This document shows, in pieces, positions 23,928-26,729 of a stretch of 26,729 nucleotides of DNA. The stretch is from an uncultured archaeon (GTDB lineage: Archaea; Aenigmatarchaeota; Aenigmatarchaeia; GW2011-AR5). Both the position numbers and the translations under genes were made by a program. The notes beneath the pieces are model-generated. The model made no database searches and was not told where the DNA came from. It saw only the letters and a list, made by a program, of their open reading frames with translations. Positions within the stretch are counted from its first letter, which is position 1; each line of letters starts with the position of its first letter. Location of the stretch: contig CAYJVV010000001.1 of assembly GCA_964373755.1 (NCBI GenBank), positions 1 through 26,729 on the forward strand, read 5' to 3'.

Positions 23928-24449
23928 ATGAATGAGAAAACGCAGCAAAGGCTTGCATTGCTTGAAGCGGCTCTTTTCACAACTACGGAACCCTTGAATA
24001 TGGAAGATCTCCAGAAGACAACTAAGATAAGGCGAGAAGAACTAGAAAAACTGGTGAAGATATTAGAAGAAAAATATTCGTCAGCTGAGAGCGGCATAAA
24101 ACTTTCAACTGTTGGCGGTTACAGGCTAATGGTTAAGGAAGCCTTTGAGGAAAAAGTTTCTCATCTCACTCCACATGCCGATCTTTCCCGTGGCTTGCTG
24201 AGAGTACTTTCAATTATAGCTTATCACGAGCCTATAAAGCAGGCAGATATTGTGAAGATAGTTGGCAACCGCGTTTATGATTATGTGAAAGAACTTGAGG
24301 GAAAAGGTCTAGTTAAGACTGAGAAAAAGTCAAGAACAAAGATCCTTTCATTAACACCACAATTCGAGGAATATTTTGGCGTGAAGAAGAAATTCCTGAA
24401 GGAAAAAATAGACGAATTTGACAATGACAAGCAGGATAAACAAGAATAA
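23928..24449 (+). CDS. scpB: Segregation and condensation protein B
   Basis: LLEAALFTTTEPL, LSRGLLRVLSIIAYHEPIKQADIVKIVG, YFG. Confidence 0.95.
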   Translation: MNEKTQQRLALLEAALFTTTEPLNMEDLQKTTKIRREELEKLVKILEEKYSSAESGIKLSTVGGYRLMVKEAFEEKVSHLTPHADLSRGLLRVLSIIAYHEPIKQADIVKIVGNRVYDYVKELEGKGLVKTEKKSRTKILSLTPQFEEYFGVKKKFLKEKIDEFDNDKQDKQE

Positions 24450-25040
24450 TCAGTTTATTTTGCCTGAAATTTTTATTATCTCGCCAAGGACTTCCTCAGG
24501 TGCCCTGTTACCGTCAACAATATAAGTTTCTGGGAACAGGTTTTTCATCGACAAATAATTCCTTCTTATCTGCTCAAGTTTATGCTCTTCTTCAAAGAGT
24601 TCTACATGCGGTCTTGCTTTTTTCATTCTTTCCATGCAAATCTTAGGCTGCGTGTCTATAAGAATTGTAATGTGTGGTTTTCTAAAGTAGCTGTTTAACT
24701 GTTTCAATACAGGAAGTGAAACTTCAAGACTTCCAAAGGCATAGGAAGAAAGAATATACCTATCACAAATAACTAATTTGCCTTTTTTAAGAGTTGGTTC
24801 AATTTCGCTTTGCAAATGATGTGCTCTGTCTGCAGCGAAAAGCATCTGTAGCGCGAGAGGAGATGTGTTCCACTCTTTTTTTAAGCAAGATTTTATCAAA
24901 CCGCCCATCAAACCTTCTGTTGGCTCTTTTGTAAGAACAGCATCTTTATTTTTGCTGATAAAATAATTCCTTAGAAGAGTAGCTTGTGTTGTTATTCCAG
25001 ATCCGTCTAGACCTTCAAAAACAATGAATTTTCCTGGCAT
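24450..25040 (-). CDS. tmk: Thymidylate kinase (dTMP kinase) with an atypical P-loop
   Basis: FIVFEGLDGSGITTQ, TKEPT, LFAADRAHH, ICDRYILSS.AFG; the Walker A Lys position reads Ile. Confidence 0.9.
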   Translation of the reverse strand: MPGKFIVFEGLDGSGITTQATLLRNYFISKNKDAVLTKEPTEGLMGGLIKSCLKKEWNTSPLALQMLFAADRAHHLQSEIEPTLKKGKLVICDRYILSSYAFGSLEVSLPVLKQLNSYFRKPHITILIDTQPKICMERMKKARPHVELFEEEHKLEQIRRNYLSMKNLFPETYIVDGNRAPEEVLGEIIKISGKIN

Positions 25041-25116
25041 TAGCTTTACTTACGCACTTACGTATAAATAAATGAGAAAAGGTAAAAGGTTTAAAAAGAA
25101 AAATTACCTTTCAAGT

Positions 25117-25329
25117 CTATTCTGGAAGGTATTTGTCAAGAGTACGTGCAAGGCGTTCTTGAGCAATAGATCCTACATAATCTGTTGTTGGTTCTGCAGG
25201 TAGACACATTCCCTCGGCTGTTCTATCCACTACAGTTCTTGTATAATCTCCCAATCTTTTTGATATATGGTCAGGTACTGAAAATCTAACTCCATTTACT
25301 TCTACAAAAACTTCCATTTCGTATGTCAT
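25117..25329 (-). CDS. Hypothetical protein (orphan, 70 aa) between cutA and tmk
   Basis: Intact ORF with an upstream GAGGTG SD. Confidence 0.6.
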   Translation of the reverse strand: MTYEMEVFVEVNGVRFSVPDHISKRLGDYTRTVVDRTAEGMCLPAEPTTDYVGSIAQERLARTLDKYLPE

Positions 25330-25348
25330 TTTATTACACCTCTATTTT

Positions 25349-25666
25349 TTATTTTTTTCTTGTTTCTTTGTCGATCCATTTTAGATAATCTGGATTTCCT
25401 TTCGCGATTGGCAATGCATTCACGCATGGCACACTGTAACTGTGGTTTTCTTTTACGATTTTTAGTATTTTTTCAACGAGATCTTTTCGTGTTTTCGCAA
25501 TTACAAGACTTTCGCCATGTTGCTCAAGCTTATTATTCCACCAGTACATGGACTCTATCTCGGGAATGATGTTGATACATGCTACAAGCCTTTCGTGCAG
25601 CAGGATAGAGCCAATTTTGCGAGCTTCTTTCACATTTTTTGTTGTTATGTAAACTGCCACGTGCAT
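25349..25666 (-). CDS. cutA: Divalent-cation tolerance protein CutA
   Basis: EARKIGSILLHERLVACINI, SMYWW, IAKT, HSYSVPCV, GNPDYLKWI. Confidence 0.96.
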   Translation of the reverse strand: MHVAVYITTKNVKEARKIGSILLHERLVACINIIPEIESMYWWNNKLEQHGESLVIAKTRKDLVEKILKIVKENHSYSVPCVNALPIAKGNPDYLKWIDKETRKK

Positions 25667-25718
25667 GGTTTTACATATTGGTAGTTCTGTTTTAAATGTT
25701 TATTGAGAAAACTATCGT

Positions 25719-25734
25719 ATACACTACAGTGTAT
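25719..25734. promoter_or_regulatory. Perfect inverted repeat ATACACT-AC-AGTGTAT; candidate operator in the divergent cutA/RHH promoter
   Basis: Read directly; the operator role is inferred from the adjacent RHH gene. Confidence 0.45.
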
Positions 25735-25799
25735 TCATGAGAATTAAGTAATTTAATGAAACTTAAAAAGTCTTCATTGCAAAATTATATTTGGTATTT

Positions 25800-25979
25800 A
25801 TGGCTTATGTCAGATACAAACTTCCTGAAGAAACACACAAGATGCTAAGAAAAGTCTGCAAAAAACTTGGTATGAAAGAATCAGAGATATCAAGGATAGC
25901 GTTAATAGAGTATCTAAAGTCTTTAGGTCTGCTTTCTGAAAAAGTCAAAAGAATGAAGTTTATACGCTGGGGAAAATAA
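25800..25979 (+). CDS. CopG/RHH-family small DNA-binding protein
   Basis: MAYVRYKLPEETHKMLRKVCKKLGMKESEISRIALIEYL: a beta strand, then LP, helix, G.x.SE, R.AL..YL. Confidence 0.8.
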   Translation: MAYVRYKLPEETHKMLRKVCKKLGMKESEISRIALIEYLKSLGLLSEKVKRMKFIRWGK

Positions 25980-26471
25980 TCAAACCAGGCTCTTTTTCAT
26001 GAGATACCTGTGGTATCCGATCCCATGATAATCCTGCTCTAGCTTCTGTATTTTGAATCCGTGCTTTGAATACAGATTTACAGTTGCGTGATTCAGCGGG
26101 TCAACGGTAGCAAAGACCGTTTGAACAGATTTGTTTTTTAACAAGTCTAAGAATTTACTTATCAACACAGAACCTATACCCTTTTTCCTCAGCGATTCTT
26201 CAACGCACATGCTGAGAAGCCAGCCTTCTTTTTTCTGCTGTTTTATTGCTCCAAGAAGATAGCCGATTATGTCTTTATTAGCGTCTCTGCAAACAAGGAA
26301 CGTGTCGCCAAATAGCTCAGCAGATTGCCTGAAGAAATAGCGAGGATAGCCGTCGATGCCGAATATCTCTCTTTCAAGCTTGCAGAGTTTTTCTATATCA
26401 TGCTTGAGCCTTTTCATGTCCAGTGATTCGATAACAATTTCTTCTTTTTGCATTTTTACACTTATACGCAT
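25980..26471 (-). CDS. GNAT family N-acetyltransferase (RimI-like)
   Basis: IIGYLLG, LSMCVEESLRKKGIGSVLI (motif A), NHATVNLYSKHGF; start uncertain. Confidence 0.9.
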   Translation of the reverse strand: MRISVKMQKEEIVIESLDMKRLKHDIEKLCKLEREIFGIDGYPRYFFRQSAELFGDTFLVCRDANKDIIGYLLGAIKQQKKEGWLLSMCVEESLRKKGIGSVLISKFLDLLKNKSVQTVFATVDPLNHATVNLYSKHGFKIQKLEQDYHGIGYHRYLMKKSLV

Positions 26472-26515
26472 ACAAATAAAAGAGTTAATGATACCAAGTT
26501 ATTCGAGTGCTAAAA

Positions 26516-26729
26516 ATGAAAGTAATAATTGTTATCCCTGCTTACAATGAAGAGAAAACTGTCGGTAGTGTCGTTTCAACGGCGAAGATATTTGGAAAAG
26601 TAATTGTAATCAATGATGTAAGTCGTGATAATACTGCCAAAATTGTGGCTAAAATTTGCCAAAAAGATAAGAGAGTGAAATTAATAAGTCGCAAGTCTTC
26701 TCCTGGTGTGGGCCGGGCTTTGCGTGAAG
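26516..26729 (+). CDS. Family 2 glycosyltransferase (runs off the window edge)
   Basis: Hand translation: MKVIIVIPAYNEEKTVGSVV...VIVINDVSRDNT...KLI....PGVGRALRE. Confidence 0.9.
   Translation, partial: MKVIIVIPAYNEEKTVGSVVSTAKIFGKVIVINDVSRDNTAKIVAKICQKDKRVKLISRKSSPGVGRALRE

Noticed and set aside
2740-25346. 4-6 bp repeats at other orphan junctions (TAAT, TGTGA, TATGA, AATG, AATAGA)
   Set aside because: Too short, and partly forced by start and stop codons.
873-26550. Many ORF-track entries antisense to or overlapping recognised genes (e.g. 873-1145, 974-1270, 1376-1825, 3224-3709, 8694-9011, 19024-19620, 21508-21849, 22267-22842, 23397-23852)
   Set aside because: They are shadow ORFs of clear housekeeping genes, with Ser/Phe/Ile-rich composition typical of the antisense of Lys/Glu-rich genes.
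26600-26640. GT2 motif NDVS instead of DDGS
   Set aside because: The gene is truncated by the window and such variation is common in GT2; it cannot be evaluated.

Overview
Archaeal core-chromosome window. A fused PriS-PriL primase and compact operons point to a DPANN-type lineage, but the phylum is not verified. It carries translation and transcription genes (rpl18e, rpoD, rps11/4/13, rpl24e, rps28e, rpl7ae, rps27e, aIF2-alpha, nop10, rpoK, rps2, rpl10e, rpl44e, rps15), plus cbf5, Trm112, Bud32, GINS, primase, an smc-scpA-scpB operon, an ABC-2 exporter, a CPA2 antiporter and a few enzymes. Four things stand out. (1) A cryptic tRNA-Leu(UAA) at 288-641: 84 nt of exon spread over 354 nt, with introns at five positions, including a predicted 1-nt exon that needs ordered splicing. 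A tRNA-Ser(GGA) at 12525-12738 has two introns. (2) These introns are built from short palindromic modules that recur in the other tRNA, just 3' of tRNA-Leu, and free in the spacer upstream of cbf5, suggesting a REP/MITE-like family that seeds tRNA introns. (3) Ten unrecognisable ORFs sit singly in or between housekeeping operons, often translationally coupled, and one is flanked by an exact 10-bp direct repeat. (4) The SMC is intact but only 807 aa, with both arms shortened, and is preceded by a small ribbon-helix-helix gene. All structures and counts were derived by hand; no searches were run.
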